Assembly: GCA_964016885.1 (NCBI GenBank)
Contig: CAXHJY010001168.1
Span: forward strand, 39,411-103,410
DNA from: Eledone cirrhosa
Lineage: Eukaryota
Reading direction: 5' to 3'
Length of the DNA: 64,000 nt
A program made the position numbers and the translations under genes. This document shows positions 58,940 to 64,000 of this stretch, in pieces; within the stretch, counting starts at the first letter, position 1; every line of letters starts with the position of its first letter. A model generated the notes under the pieces. It searched no databases and was not told the DNA's origin. It saw only the letters and a list, made by a program, of their open reading frames with translations.

Positions 58940-64000
<5,061 letters not shown>

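Overview
Gene-poor, AT-rich animal DNA. The SINE, RTE and CR1 repeat families and the huge (TA)n load suggest an octopus or other coleoid cephalopod (inference). Roughly 40-45% of the window is long, variant-interrupted (TA)n microsatellite, which explains almost all of the YI/YT/CV 'ORFs'. No host gene can be firmly identified. The non-simple sequence is mobile DNA in two compartments. (1) About 8-25 kb is an older region with many tRNA-derived SINEs (three with target-site duplications) and decayed Penelope, RTE and R4/Dong remnants. (2) The (TA)n fields (0-8 kb and 25-64 kb) hold young, unrelated elements: a near-intact R4/Dong-type RLE retrotransposon, a near-intact RTE-group LINE, a 5'-truncated CR1-type LINE plus fragments, an RTE 3' fragment, Penelope-type inverted pseudo-LTRs with hammerhead ribozymes, and TGT...ACA MITEs. 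The most striking structure is a cluster of eight co-oriented, variably 5'-truncated copies of a ~610-bp non-coding bipartite RTE derivative (RTE 5'UTR fused to an RTE zinc-finger 3' end). Each copy ends at GCCACCA and runs straight into (TA)n.
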